From: Eledone cirrhosa
Lineage: Eukaryota
DNA length: 64,000 nt
Direction: 5' to 3'
NCBI GenBank assembly: GCA_964016885.1
Contig: OZ024743.1
Location: 294,686,001-294,750,000 of the forward strand
In this document: piece by piece, positions 52,301-64,000 of the stretch
Numbering within the stretch: position 1 is the stretch's first letter
Layout of the letters: every line of letters starts with the position of its first letter
Position numbers and translations under genes: made by a program
The notes under the pieces: model-generated
What the model was told of the DNA's origin: nothing
Database searches by the model: none
The model's input: the letters and a program-made list of their open reading frames with translations, nothing else

Positions 52301-54890
52301 CGGTCATCCGGCCCCAGTATGGGCGTAGACGGCCAGCAGTCTAAAGGCACCACCTTCGTTACTGCTCACATCCAAGACCAACAACTTAGCGTCCGGGTCT
52401 CGGAAGATCGATCTTGCCTCGAGATTCAGTCCTTTCCTAAACAGCACTTCCACCCCACCTCCTATTCCCGGCTGGCTAACAGATGCGAAGATCTCATAGT
52501 CGTTTAAAATGGGGGCTAGTGCGCGCGTGTCGTAAATTCTGGTCTCGCTGGCGGCAATCACATCCATTTCCAGAGACCTGAGCTCGTTGAGCAGGCGACT
52601 CCGCTTCCAGGGTGACTCCAGGCAGCGCATATTTAAACTCCTACTCTTAATATAGCCATTTTGGCAAGCTAAAAGAGAGAGGGAAGGTTTACTTACCTCT
52701 CCGGGTCTTGTGAAGGTCGGGTGTTTCGACCTCCATGGTTGGTGGGGTTTCTTTTGGGAACCCTTTTAAAAGTCTCGATGTGAGTTTTACATTCGGGGTT
52801 CCCACGTCTTGAGGAAAGCAATCCCGAATTTCTTTGAAGGAATCGAGCGACATTCGGACCAGAAACAAATTTTCTGGCACGCAAAATGTGCTCATTTCAA
52901 AGATTTCCCCATCTGTTTGAATGTCCTCGCTTCGTGCTAAGAGGGCCATCAGTTTATCGTTGGTCCTTCTGACAAGCACGAAGTTTTTAATATGTTGTTG
53001 GTGTGTTTTATTTGTTTTAGTTTTGGTGACTGTGGTGGTGATGGTTTTGGTGGTGTTGTTTCGGTTATGTCTGTGTTTGTTGTAGGTGTGGTATCTGTAA
53101 TTTCAGGTATTTGTGTGTTTATTTGTTCTTGAGTTTGTTTCGGTTGTTTGCGTTTCGGGGATTGTGGGAGTGGTGTTGATGTTGCTGCTGATGTTATTGG
53201 GGAAGTGTTTGCGTTAGTGGTGTCTGTATTTTTTGTTGTGTATGTTTTCGTGTTTTGTTGGGGATGTTTTGGGGTGAGTTTTCTCTGTTTTTTGGCTATT
53301 TTGGATTTTCCTTTATCTTCGCTGCTGGAAGACAAAGGTCTGTGGCTGTGAGTGTATCTGTGTCTGTGTGCGTTTATTGTTTTGTCTATGTGTATAATTT
53401 GAGGGGTAGGGGAGTGGGAGAGCTTTCCTCGTTTTCCCCTTGGATTGGTTTCAGTGTTGGTGGTGGTCCGGCAGTTGTTGATGTTGGTGATGTTACCCGT
53501 GTCTTTGTTGGTGATGTTTTTGTTGGTGGTGGTGCAGCTTTCCGTGCTGACACTGGCGTTGGCAACAAAGGAGGTTTGCGACCCCCTGCATTTTTGAGCT
53601 GAGGGCAGAAGGCTTGCAGATGTGTTGCCTCCCCGCAGACGAATCAATGCCGCCTTCTTACCTCAGTGATTAATTGGATTGTTGTCCTGTCCTGCAGGTG
53701 GGCAAAATCCGGGATATTGTTGATGTCCTCTGATTTCATTTGGAGAAGAATCTCCAAACCCATTCCGGGCCAGTCTTCTCTCTCTGTCCTTATGATATCC
53801 AGGAGGGTAGTGTCTGTCCCCCTCCTCGATTACGCATCCCAGAAGCCACCATATGTTCATTCCTGTTGGGATCCTGGGAATGCGGACCATTACTGTCATT
53901 TTGGCCATATGGGACGGGTGCATGATAATGCGTTCCGTTCTTCAGAGGGTCACGGAGTGCTTAATAGCAAGGGCCTCGGTTTTGAACAGTATCGATATGG
54001 TACCGAACTGCTTGGCCCTTGCTTTGTTGTACTCGATGTCACTTCCGATTCACCTCAAAGCAGCCTCGACCTCTGCTTGGCTGGCGATTTCCACTTTGCG
54101 TGTCTGCACTGAAATGCATCAAAAGTACACCGTCCTCCTTTGCATGGCCGCTATTTCCCCTTCCGGGATGGTCCGGTTTTCCCAGGACTTGCCTTGCTTA
54201 ATTAACCTCCACGCCTGTGCCAACTGCTGCTCCTTATCTCTAGTATCCACATTGAAAAAGCGCTGTTTTCGCTGCTGCCGCTGCAAAGGTGACGCCTCCA
54301 TTGCTCTTGTTGTTGGTGTTTTCGTTCTTCCTCTTGTTGTTGGTGTTGTTGTTGTTGTTTTGTTTGTTGCTGTTGCTGTTGCCGTTGCCGCCGCCAGCAG
54401 TGTTTACATTGAGGCTGTCGGTTTTATGGTCGTTGTGGTTCTGAGTTGTTGTTGTGTTTGTGGCGGTGGTGGCGGCGGCGCTGGAGGTGGTGATGTCATT
54501 TTGAGATAGTACTGCTACTGTCTTGTTTCTGTATTCAGTGGCATGGGTGACAGGTTTGTTTCTAGTAGTCGTAGTAGTTGTGGTGAGATTTATAGTAGCT
54601 GATTTTGAACTTTTGACCTGTATGTTGTTTACTGTTTCAAGGTCGAAATTTTCCATATTTTGTTTATTTTTTTTTATGGAGAAGCGATTTTTAAAATAAA
54701 TCTGTAAATCTGAATATAAATCTGGATATTCGGGCTTAAAGCCCGAATATTGAGAGGTTTCCCCTCCTTGGAACCAAGGTGGGTACCTTATGCTTCGTTA
54801 TCGACAAGAAAATACAAAAAAATGATACTTTAAAACAGGTTAAAGTTACGAACCGTTTCCACCTCAGACTTGTGCATCTTCACACATGTG
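49399..54890 (-). mobile_element. Tx1/L1-clade element 3, near full-length, decayed, with ~340-bp deletion near 50474
   Basis: ORF1 fragments 52689-54656; ORF2 from ~52659; collinear with element 2 except for the missing equivalent of ~44854-45197; 5' boundary approximate. Confidence 0.9.
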
Positions 54891-54960
54891 CGTCATGTTT
54901 TTTTCGTCCTTGTACTGTCCCCCAATATCTTGATTTCTTGTGGCCGACACAATAATGATG

Positions 54961-55345
54961 GGTGATCGATTGGCAGTCTCGGTAGAATGTTGGACAACAT
55001 CATTTACGGGATAGAGTTACGTCTCATTAGGTTCTGAGTTCAAATCTCGCGCCAAGTTTAGCTTTGCCTTTCATCCTTAGGCGGTCGATAAATAAAGTAT
55101 CAATAATGCACTGGGTTCGATTTAATCGACTTTCCATTTCGCCCAAATTGTTGGTCTTGTGCCTTTGGCAGTATCGGTAGTGGGTCGGACGACATGCTTT
55201 CCAGCATAGTTACGTCCCTTTACGATCTGAGTTCAAATCCCGCCGAGGTTGACTTTGCCTTTCATCCTTACGGGGTCGATATAATAAAGTACCAGTAATG
55301 CACTGGGTAATTGTTGGCCTTGTGCCTAAAGTAGAAACAATTATT
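54961..55345 (+). mobile_element. Two tandem SINE copies (older long-tail form, then younger short form)
   Basis: 54961-55165 carries an extra ttcgatttaatcgact..cccaaattg segment; 55166-55345 matches 58098-58277. Confidence 0.88.
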
Positions 55346-55845
55346 ATAGTATTAATGAATAGTTTCAAAACTGTGGCCAAACCCTTTCACACACACAATT
55401 ACACGATATACACATGGCTTACAAAGTTGTGTCTTTCGAGAAAGCTAAGTTTTATATAATCGGATTTGGAGTGTCAGAGACATTACATAATGTTAAATAT
55501 TTGAACTCATGTTAAATATATGCATTTCTTCTTCCCACTGATGATAAGGAAATTGTGTTCAACCAACGGTGTCGATGGGTACATTCTGTGTTGTATATAG
55601 CATGGGCAGACAATATAAAGAATGTGGTCTTCACAAACACTGCATTTCAAATATCCTTTGATTACTTTTCTCCTTCTGTATGTCACCCATAAGAATAATC
55701 ACACAGAACAGATTAACTCATAGTTTTTGCATAAGATCTTCCACCTGTTCAAGCAGAAGAACGTCGCCCCATCACCCAAATGTGAAAAGCATTTCCTCAT
55801 ACCTTTTACTCCCTTTTACGTGAGGTAGTTTATATGTGTATATAT

Positions 55846-55954
<109 letters not shown>

Positions 55955-57205
55955 CATGAGTTTGATCGTGAGGCTAGGGTGAGTTTTCTGATCGTCTTTG
56001 GCGATACAGCTGATGGTGTACCTATTGGTGATGTAACAGCAATCACCAAGTTCTGCTGATAATATTCCTTATTTTATTTCTCTCCCTCGCCCTCCTCCTC
56101 TCTCCCTCCCCCTCTTGTTTTAACGCTCGCTCTCTCTCTCTCTCTTTTTTTCTGCCTTGGGCACAACGTTATCGAGTGTCTTTTATTTCTACGAACGCAA
56201 TAGTTGAGGTTTCTAACCTGCACCACGTGTCTCATTACTTTTGTTATTGAAATCATAATGTAATATTGACTAGCAAAGACCCTGCAGTTTTTGCGCTTCA
56301 TTTGTAATTCTAGGTTGAATTAGTTCTCATAGACATCATGCTACATCACGTCACCTCTAAAGTAACGATAAACCCATATTTCACTATACAGTTTACAAGA
56401 AGACATGGATTAATTTCCTTTTATTTGATACTATTATGTTCTGTTGACCTATGTATGGTATTATGAGACAACATGCATTTATTTAGTTAATAGAAACCAC
56501 AACTTTTCATATTGTTTGGCTAGGACTTTTTCCAGAGGATTCTTTGGAAGAACCTAGAATCTTCTCCTTTTTTACAAGTATAGAGGTCCCTCACACCATT
56601 TACCCACTCCGACATGATGCCAATCCATCCCTCATAGTAATCATCTATCGTATCTTTCTACTTTCCTATAGGACATCCATGTTGAGATATTCTTACATCT
56701 CGATTACGATAGAAAATTTACTAACTACAGTTAATTATAAATTCATAAATGTTTCTATATTCAATGTTAGTTGCATTAGTTGTGAAAACCGGAACTCAGA
56801 ACAGTAATAGCGATCGGACACGGACCATACAACGTCATTCAGCATTACGATTTACTATGTATTGAAGCAGTAGCTGTCATCTGAACGTAATAGATATTTT
56901 GTATTGCGTTGAATTTATATTTCAACGATGATGTTTATAAACGAACTGAATGAAATGTTCATAAATGCCAACAATTAACGACGGTATAGTCTATTTGATA
57001 TATTCTTCTAATACAATTTCTTTCAAAGATTAATGAGAATTCCTTTAGGCCGAAACGTGAATTATTACAACATTAAATTATGTTTATAATGATTGGTAAA
57101 ATATGTTCAATTAATAATTTTTTATATTATTTACGTAAAATGTATTAATCACCCACCGATTTTGATTTATCATTAATAATATAGAAATTTGATTCCGTAA
57201 AGCAA

Positions 57206-57425
57206 TTATAATGGTTTCTGATCTAGGAACAAGGCCAACAATTTGTGGGCATGGGGAAAGTCGATTACAACAACTCCAGTGCGTTATTGATACTTTTTAT
57301 TTTATCGATTCCGTAAGGATGAAAGGTAAAGTTAACATAGAAGAGATTTGAATACAGAACGTAAATGGCCGTAACTATGTGCCACAAAACATGTTGTCCG
57401 ACACTCTGGTGATACTATCATCGCC
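57206..57425 (-). mobile_element. Diverged SINE copy (long-tail form)
   Basis: Reverse complement family match; abuts (AAT)n at 57428-57439. Confidence 0.8.
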
Positions 57426-57439
57426 CTAATAATAATAAT

Positions 57440-57640
57440 CATTTCTTTATCAGCCACAAGGGCCGACATATAAGAGACTATAAATAGACAGAGACAGTGG
57501 GATGTTTACAATAAAATCGAGTAAAAATATACTAACAAATATAATTAACAATGGAAATATATAAAGTAAATTCCCGGTACCCCACCAATTCTGACACACC
57601 CAATGCTTCGAGGGCACCCTTATCCTCCTCAAATTAACCA
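57440..57640 (-). mobile_element. Tx1 3' UTR-only fragment
   Basis: gccacaagggccgacat...gacagtggg..tttaca..aaaatcgagtaaa..ggtaccccaccaat matches 43785-43990. Confidence 0.85.
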
Positions 57641-57935
57641 ACCTATGTACACAAAAAATATCTATAAAAAATTCAGACACACGCAGATAGACACACACAC
57701 ACATTTGGTGAACGATATACAACCCCCCTCTACACACACACACACGGAAGCACAACTTTAAAATGCACTCCATCTGCACACACATAACAGCACAAATGAC
57801 ACACCAGGACTTTCCAGCTTGACCGAGACAACGCATCGTGGATTTATCACCTGCTCCCCCCCCCCCCGTCATCTTAACACATTTTTTCTCTACCCTTTCA
57901 GATCCCGTTGTTCAAAAAATTTTTTCTCCCTCCGA

Positions 57936-57966
<31 letters not shown>

Positions 57967-58097
57967 GGAAAGTTATATTTAAATTGTTGTGTTACAACTA
58001 GTAAATATTTATAACTGATATAAAAGCACTCGACAAATATTTGGAGTATATTTACAATATTAAATAAATGGAAACTATATCTATAAAACCATATCTG

Positions 58098-58277
58098 GAT
58101 TAGCAGTATCGGTAGAGGGTCGGACGCCATGCTTTCCAGCATAGTTACGTCCCTTTACGATCTGAGTTCAAATCCCGCCGAGGTTGACTTTGCCTTTCAT
58201 CCTTACGGGGTCGATAAAATAAAGTACCAGTAATGCACTGGGTAATTGCTGGCCTTGTGCCTAAAGTAGAAACAATT
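58098..58277 (+). mobile_element. tRNA-derived SINE copy
   Basis: Family match, nearly identical to 55166-55345. Confidence 0.93.
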
Positions 58278-58487
58278 ATATATATTTCAGGGATAACATA
58301 TTAACAATATGATATGCCTTCCTCAGACAAAATACAATATAAACAGTTTTATAGATAAATAGATTCGACATACCGCAACAACATCTACTTGCATTTGAGA
58401 AGGTTGACCTTCTCAACCTTCTCAAATGCAAGTAGATATTGTTACGGTATGTCGAATCTATTTATCTATAAAACTGTTTATATTGTA

Positions 58488-58549
58488 TTTTGTCTGAGGA
58501 AGGCATAGCATATTGTTAATATGTTATCCCTGAAATATATATAATGAAA
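58488..58549 (+). ncRNA. Type I hammerhead ribozyme with long stem II
   Basis: ttttgt-CTGAGGA-aggcatagcatatt(gtt)aatatgttatccct-GAAA-tatata-TA-atgaaa. Confidence 0.75.
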
Positions 58550-58588
58550 TAGATATGGTTTTATAGATATAGTTTCCATTTATTTAAT

Positions 58589-58645
<57 letters not shown>

Positions 58646-58646
58646 G

Positions 58647-58861
58647 ATATATTAACAAATGGAAACTATATTTATAAACCCATATTTATTTCATTATACA
58701 TGGTGGCCCTAGAAATATGTATAATGAAATAAATAAGGGTTTATAAATATAGTTTCCGTTTGTTAATATATTGTATATTTACTCCAATAATTTGTTGAGT
58801 GCTTTATATCAGTTGTAAACATATTTTGCTTGTTGTATCCCAACAGATTAAATATAACCTC

Positions 58862-58863
<2 letters not shown>
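58647..58863 (+). mobile_element. Fold-back module of the same family, folding at hammerhead helix III
   Basis: Arms 58647-58701/58717-58770; right arm begins GAAA-tatgta-TA-atgaaa; tail to (TA)n. Confidence 0.8.
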
Positions 58864-58892
<29 letters not shown>

Positions 58893-58898
<6 letters not shown>

Positions 58899-59204
58899 AT
58901 TATGTAATAAACAACATAAGGCAATTATTCCATTTACCAGTGGTTTCTTAAAAGCAAAAGGTTTTGCTTTCAATCCTCAGAATGAAAAAATCCTGGTTTG
59001 TTTATTGAATTTGGATTTAAAAAAAACAAAAATGCAATCTATATGAAAGTGAGGCTGGAGAAGGGAGAAGGAAAGGAAAAATAAAATAAAATAAAACTAC
59101 ACATGCAAACACACACACACAAAAACACAAAAGCATACTTACACACACATACATATATACATATATATATATACATATACACATATATATAAAAAACGTA
59201 CACT

Positions 59205-59250
<46 letters not shown>

Positions 59251-59569
59251 CATCATTATCATCATTTTACGTCCACTTTTCCCTGCTTGCAAGGGTGGGA
59301 CGTATATATAATATATATACATATGATATATATATATATATATAGTATTATGTAATAAACAACATAAGGCAATTATTCCATTTACCAGTGGTTTCTTAAA
59401 AGCAAAAGGTTTTGCTTTCAATCCTCAGAACGAAAAAATCCTGGTTTGTTTATTGAATTTGGATCTTAAAAACAAAAAAAGCAAGCTATATGAAAGTGAG
59501 GCTGGAGAAGGAAGAAGGAAAGGAAAAAATAAAAACAAAATAAGACTACCCATACAACAACACATACAC

Positions 59570-59605
<36 letters not shown>

Positions 59606-60037
59606 GCACACACACACGCACAAACACACACACACACACACACACGCATGTGTATGCGCGCACGCACGCACGCGCATACAAATATAAATATATTTCCCCC
59701 ATACACATGTGTGTGCGTGCATGCGCGCATATGCGCAGGGTATGTTCTGTTGAAAGTGTCTCGTGAATTTATGGCTACAGTTGTATAGATTACACTTAGA
59801 AATTGTCCACAGAATTCCCTAAACCTTGGTCAATATACTAGAACCTTTAAGAATTTAGCTTTTAAGGAATCTCCTCTTCCTCCAAATCTATCTATCATGA
59901 CTGACCCCATACTGATCTTACAGACACCTGTAAGCTAAAGAGAAAGCCAATGATAAGGATTGGCTCCAATCTGAATACAGAAATCTGTCTGGCTTTGTTC
60001 CTCTAAGAACAAACATATACAAACATTCATATACAAA

Positions 60038-60099
<62 letters not shown>

Positions 60100-60116
60100 C
60101 ACACACACACGCATAC

Positions 60117-60149
<33 letters not shown>

Positions 60150-60539
60150 TACACACACACACATACACACACACATGCATATATACACACACATACACAC
60201 ACAAGAGCACATATACATACGCACGAAATAGTCAACGCATTCACACATTCTCACACATAAAAAAATTTTCAAATACAAATACATAACCGCATACATACGC
60301 ATACATGCATAACCACGCACAAATGTACAATCTATACACACACACATGTGTATACAACTATATGCACACACACACATATATGCATACATAAGCACACATA
60401 TAATTACATAAATACAAACGTACACACACACATATATATATATATACACACACGTACACATACACACACATATACATACATAGCTAAACAATTATACACA
60501 TACAAATACGTATATATCATAAACACGCACAACAGAACA

Positions 60540-60597
<58 letters not shown>

Positions 60598-60692
60598 TAC
60601 ACACACACACACACATATACAATTATCAATATATACCCACGCACATATGTACACACACACATATATACACACACACACACATATATACATAG

Positions 60693-60741
<49 letters not shown>

Positions 60742-61101
60742 CATGCATATACACATATACACACATACACAACCACGCCCACACATATGCATACGCATAC
60801 ACACACGTATATGCGTGTGTGTATGTAAAACTCAATCTTAGATAAACCATAAGGACCTTACATAACCGTATATATAGTAGTAAAGTATTAAAGCAACATA
60901 AGGCAATTATTCCATTTACCAAGGGTTTCTTAAAAGCAAAAAAATTTTTCATACAATCTTCAGGATGAGAGAAAACTGGCTTATCCACACATACACATAT
61001 ATACACACACACACAAATACATACATATATAAATACATACACACAGGCACACACACACATACGTATAAACATATATACATACACACATACACACACATAT
61101 C

Positions 61102-61154
<53 letters not shown>

Positions 61155-61647
61155 ATACACACAAATATACACACACATACACATAGGTATGTGGAGGGCA
61201 AGGCAAAAAGAATATATGTGTGGGCCGCATAGGAGAAGGTAAAATATAAGGGGAGGTAAGGGAGAAAAAAATATATATATAATAAATGTAGGTATACAAG
61301 AGTACAGAACGTAGAAACAGTAAAATAAAAACCGTAGCAGAAGTAAAGAGCGGGAGGGGTCAGTCATGATAGATAGATTTGGAGGAAGGGGAGATTCCTT
61401 AAAAGCTAAATTCTTAAAGGTTCTAGTATATTGACCAAGGTTTAGGGAATTCTGTGGACAATTTCTAAGTGTAATCTATACAACTGTAGCCATAAATTCA
61501 CGAGACACTTTCAACAGAACATACCCTGCGCGTATGCGCGCATGCACGCACACACATGTGTATGGGGGAAATATATTTATATTTGTATACGCGTGCGTGC
61601 GTGCGCGCATACACATGCGTGTGTGTATGTGTGTGTGTGTGCGTGTG

Positions 61648-61710
<63 letters not shown>

Positions 61711-62037
61711 TTTCGTGTATGTGTGGTTGTATGGGTAGTCTTATTTTGTTTTTTATTTTTTCCTTTCCTTCTTCCTTCTCCAGCATCACTTTCATATAGC
61801 TTGCATTTTTGTTTTTAAGATCCAAATTCAATAAACAAACCAGGATTTTTTCGTTCTGAGGATTGAAAGCAAAACGTTTTGCTTTTAAGAAACCACTGGT
61901 AAATGGAATAATTGCCTTATGTTGTTTATTACATAATAATATATATATATATATATATATATTATGTATATATATTATATATACGTCCCACCCTTGCAAG
62001 CAGGGAAAACTGGACGTAAAATGATGATAATGATGAT

Positions 62038-62069
<32 letters not shown>

Positions 62070-62395
62070 AGTGTACGTTTTTTTATATATATGTGTATAT
62101 GTATATATGTATGCGTACATATATATATGTATATATGTATGTGTGTGTAAGTATGCTTTTGTGTTTTTTTGTGTGTGTGTTTGCATGTGTAGTTTTATTT
62201 TATTTTATTTTTCCTTTCCTTCTCCCTTCTCCAGCCTCACTTTCATATAGATTGCATTTTTGTTTTTTTTTAATCCAAATTCAATAAACAAACCAGGATT
62301 TTTTCATTCTGAGGATTGAAAGCAAAACCTTTTGCTTTTAAGAAACCACTGGTAAATGGAATAATTGCCTTATGTTGTTTATTACATAATAATAA
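58893..62395. repeat. Large inverted duplication: ~1-kb arms (58893-59910 / 61356-62395), ~1.45-kb low-complexity spacer
   Basis: Arms are reverse complements, each with two tandem copies of a ~200-bp unit; a diverged unit also at ~60890-60975. Confidence 0.9.
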
Positions 62396-62461
62396 TTAAG
62401 CTCTGTTGCTTACATAGAGCACTCTTTTTTCCTGGACTTTTCCGACGGAATTACTTCATTT

Positions 62462-62828
<367 letters not shown>

Positions 62829-62829
62829 A

Positions 62830-64000
62830 ATGGAATTCCAACTTTGTCTGATTTACTCGTTTTATTTACAATCCTTTAAAATTTATAATGCTATTAGAAT
62901 GAAATAGTATGGTAGAATATTAAATGTTAAGTGTTAATTGAACAAGTACGTTCATGCATTCGCAATCTTCAGGTTCCTATTCTGTGGTGACAGTCAAGTT
63001 TGCAATTTTCAACTGTAATGAGATGGGTAAATTTTGTGCCTTATATACAGTGAAAAGTGGCTACAGAATGCTAAATCTTGCAAACTGTATTTCGACCAAT
63101 CGGTGTGTAGTTTCACTGGATTACTAAAGCTGATTGGTTTAGGCGTCACGGTTGGTTGAGCATGTCTAACGATTACTATTTGACGCTATCCAAAGCATCA
63201 ATTGTTTTGCTATTTTTAGAAATGATGAAAATAGCATTTTCTAGTAATCATCACCATCAACATCACTTTCATTATTATAATTGTTGTTGTTGTTGTTAGT
63301 GGTCATAGTCATAGTAGGATTAAAACCCATTATTATTGTTTATTTAGCTTGGGTTGGAATTTATCAATAAAATTCTTTTCTTTGATTTTTCTCTAGATTT
63401 CACTTGGGCTGTGTAATTTGTAGAATGGAAATATTATAAATATTCTCTGACCACATGTTGCTAGATGGTTACTCAGGGGTACCTGACGGACATTTGGGTC
63501 TCTGATTTGCTGTCGGTGTACCCATGCACGTTCCGATAGTGTATTTGCAGTTTGACGGACATTCGAGCATTTAATGCAGTAAATTAGATTTCTGCTTTTG
63601 CAGTTCATATTTGCATTTGGGAATATCTTTCCAGTTTTTGTTGTCATATATTGATCGGTGTGTATGGATTGACATGTGCCACATCAACTATCATTGCATT
63701 TAGATACAGTGAATGATTGGTCTTTATTGTTAAGGTCAAACTTTGATTTTGTTAGTAATTGCTTCTAATTTTTCGGCTGTCTTTTACTATGATCGATCTG
63801 TGATTAAGCCTTTTAATTCATTACTTTGAGCAATGATCGGTAGGTTTGCTTTGGCAGTTTTGAAGATATTCTGGTGACATGGATTGTGTGTCATTATAAA
63901 TGGTATGACCAGTTCCTGGTTTCTTTTTCCTTGGGTTGTCCTAAGTTGTTGTATATTTATTTTTATAGCCCGCTGTATGCCATTTTCTATAAGTAGAGAT
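62830..64000 (-). mobile_element. Neptune-like PLE: RT-EN linker, GIY-YIG endonuclease and 3' region (runs off the window)
   Basis: RQPKN*KQLLTKSKF, KCNDS*CGTC, NCKSRNLIYCIKC..TANTLSERAWVHRQQI..SNHLATC; decayed hammerhead aac-CTGAAGA-t-tgc..gca-t-GAA at 62941-62975; ends at (TA)n. Confidence 0.85.

Larger units (their letters stand above)
57966..58594. mobile_element. Fold-back PLE terminal module; left arm interrupted by a SINE
   Basis: Centre ~58409-58413; right arm 58414-58594 mirrors 58278-58408 plus 58052-58096. Confidence 0.85.

Noticed and set aside
39176-54509. Long plus-strand ORFs antisense to the Tx1 elements (e.g. 39176-39685, 42101-42619, 53853-54509)
   Set aside because: Shadow frames of GC-rich or low-complexity coding sequence.

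Overview
AT-rich eukaryotic (animal) genomic DNA with no recognisable host exon, made almost entirely of microsatellites and retroelements. The SINE family and repeat landscape suggest an octopod cephalopod (inference). Contents: (1) Penelope-like elements (PLEs) of at least two types, plus about 11 short asymmetric fold-back modules set in (TA)n tracts. Several carry hand-foldable type I hammerhead ribozymes, including a U3-A8 core variant, and some fold-back points fall inside hammerhead helices. (2) A ~10.7 kb cluster (9.6-20.3 kb) of R4/Dong-type RLE non-LTR elements and an oppositely oriented Tx1 fragment, chained through (TAA)n tracts. (3) Three near full-length Tx1/L1-clade elements head-to-tail (37.9-54.9 kb), joined by (AAT)n. 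(4) About 10 copies of a tRNA-derived SINE whose 3' end and ATTATT-starting target duplications resemble those of the Tx1 elements. (5) RTE and CRE fragments, a pogo/Tigger-like MITE and a ~3.5 kb inverted duplication. All element ORFs are truncated or disrupted. Coordinates were read by eye; boundaries in repeat tracts are approximate, and clade names rest on motif recall, not database searches.
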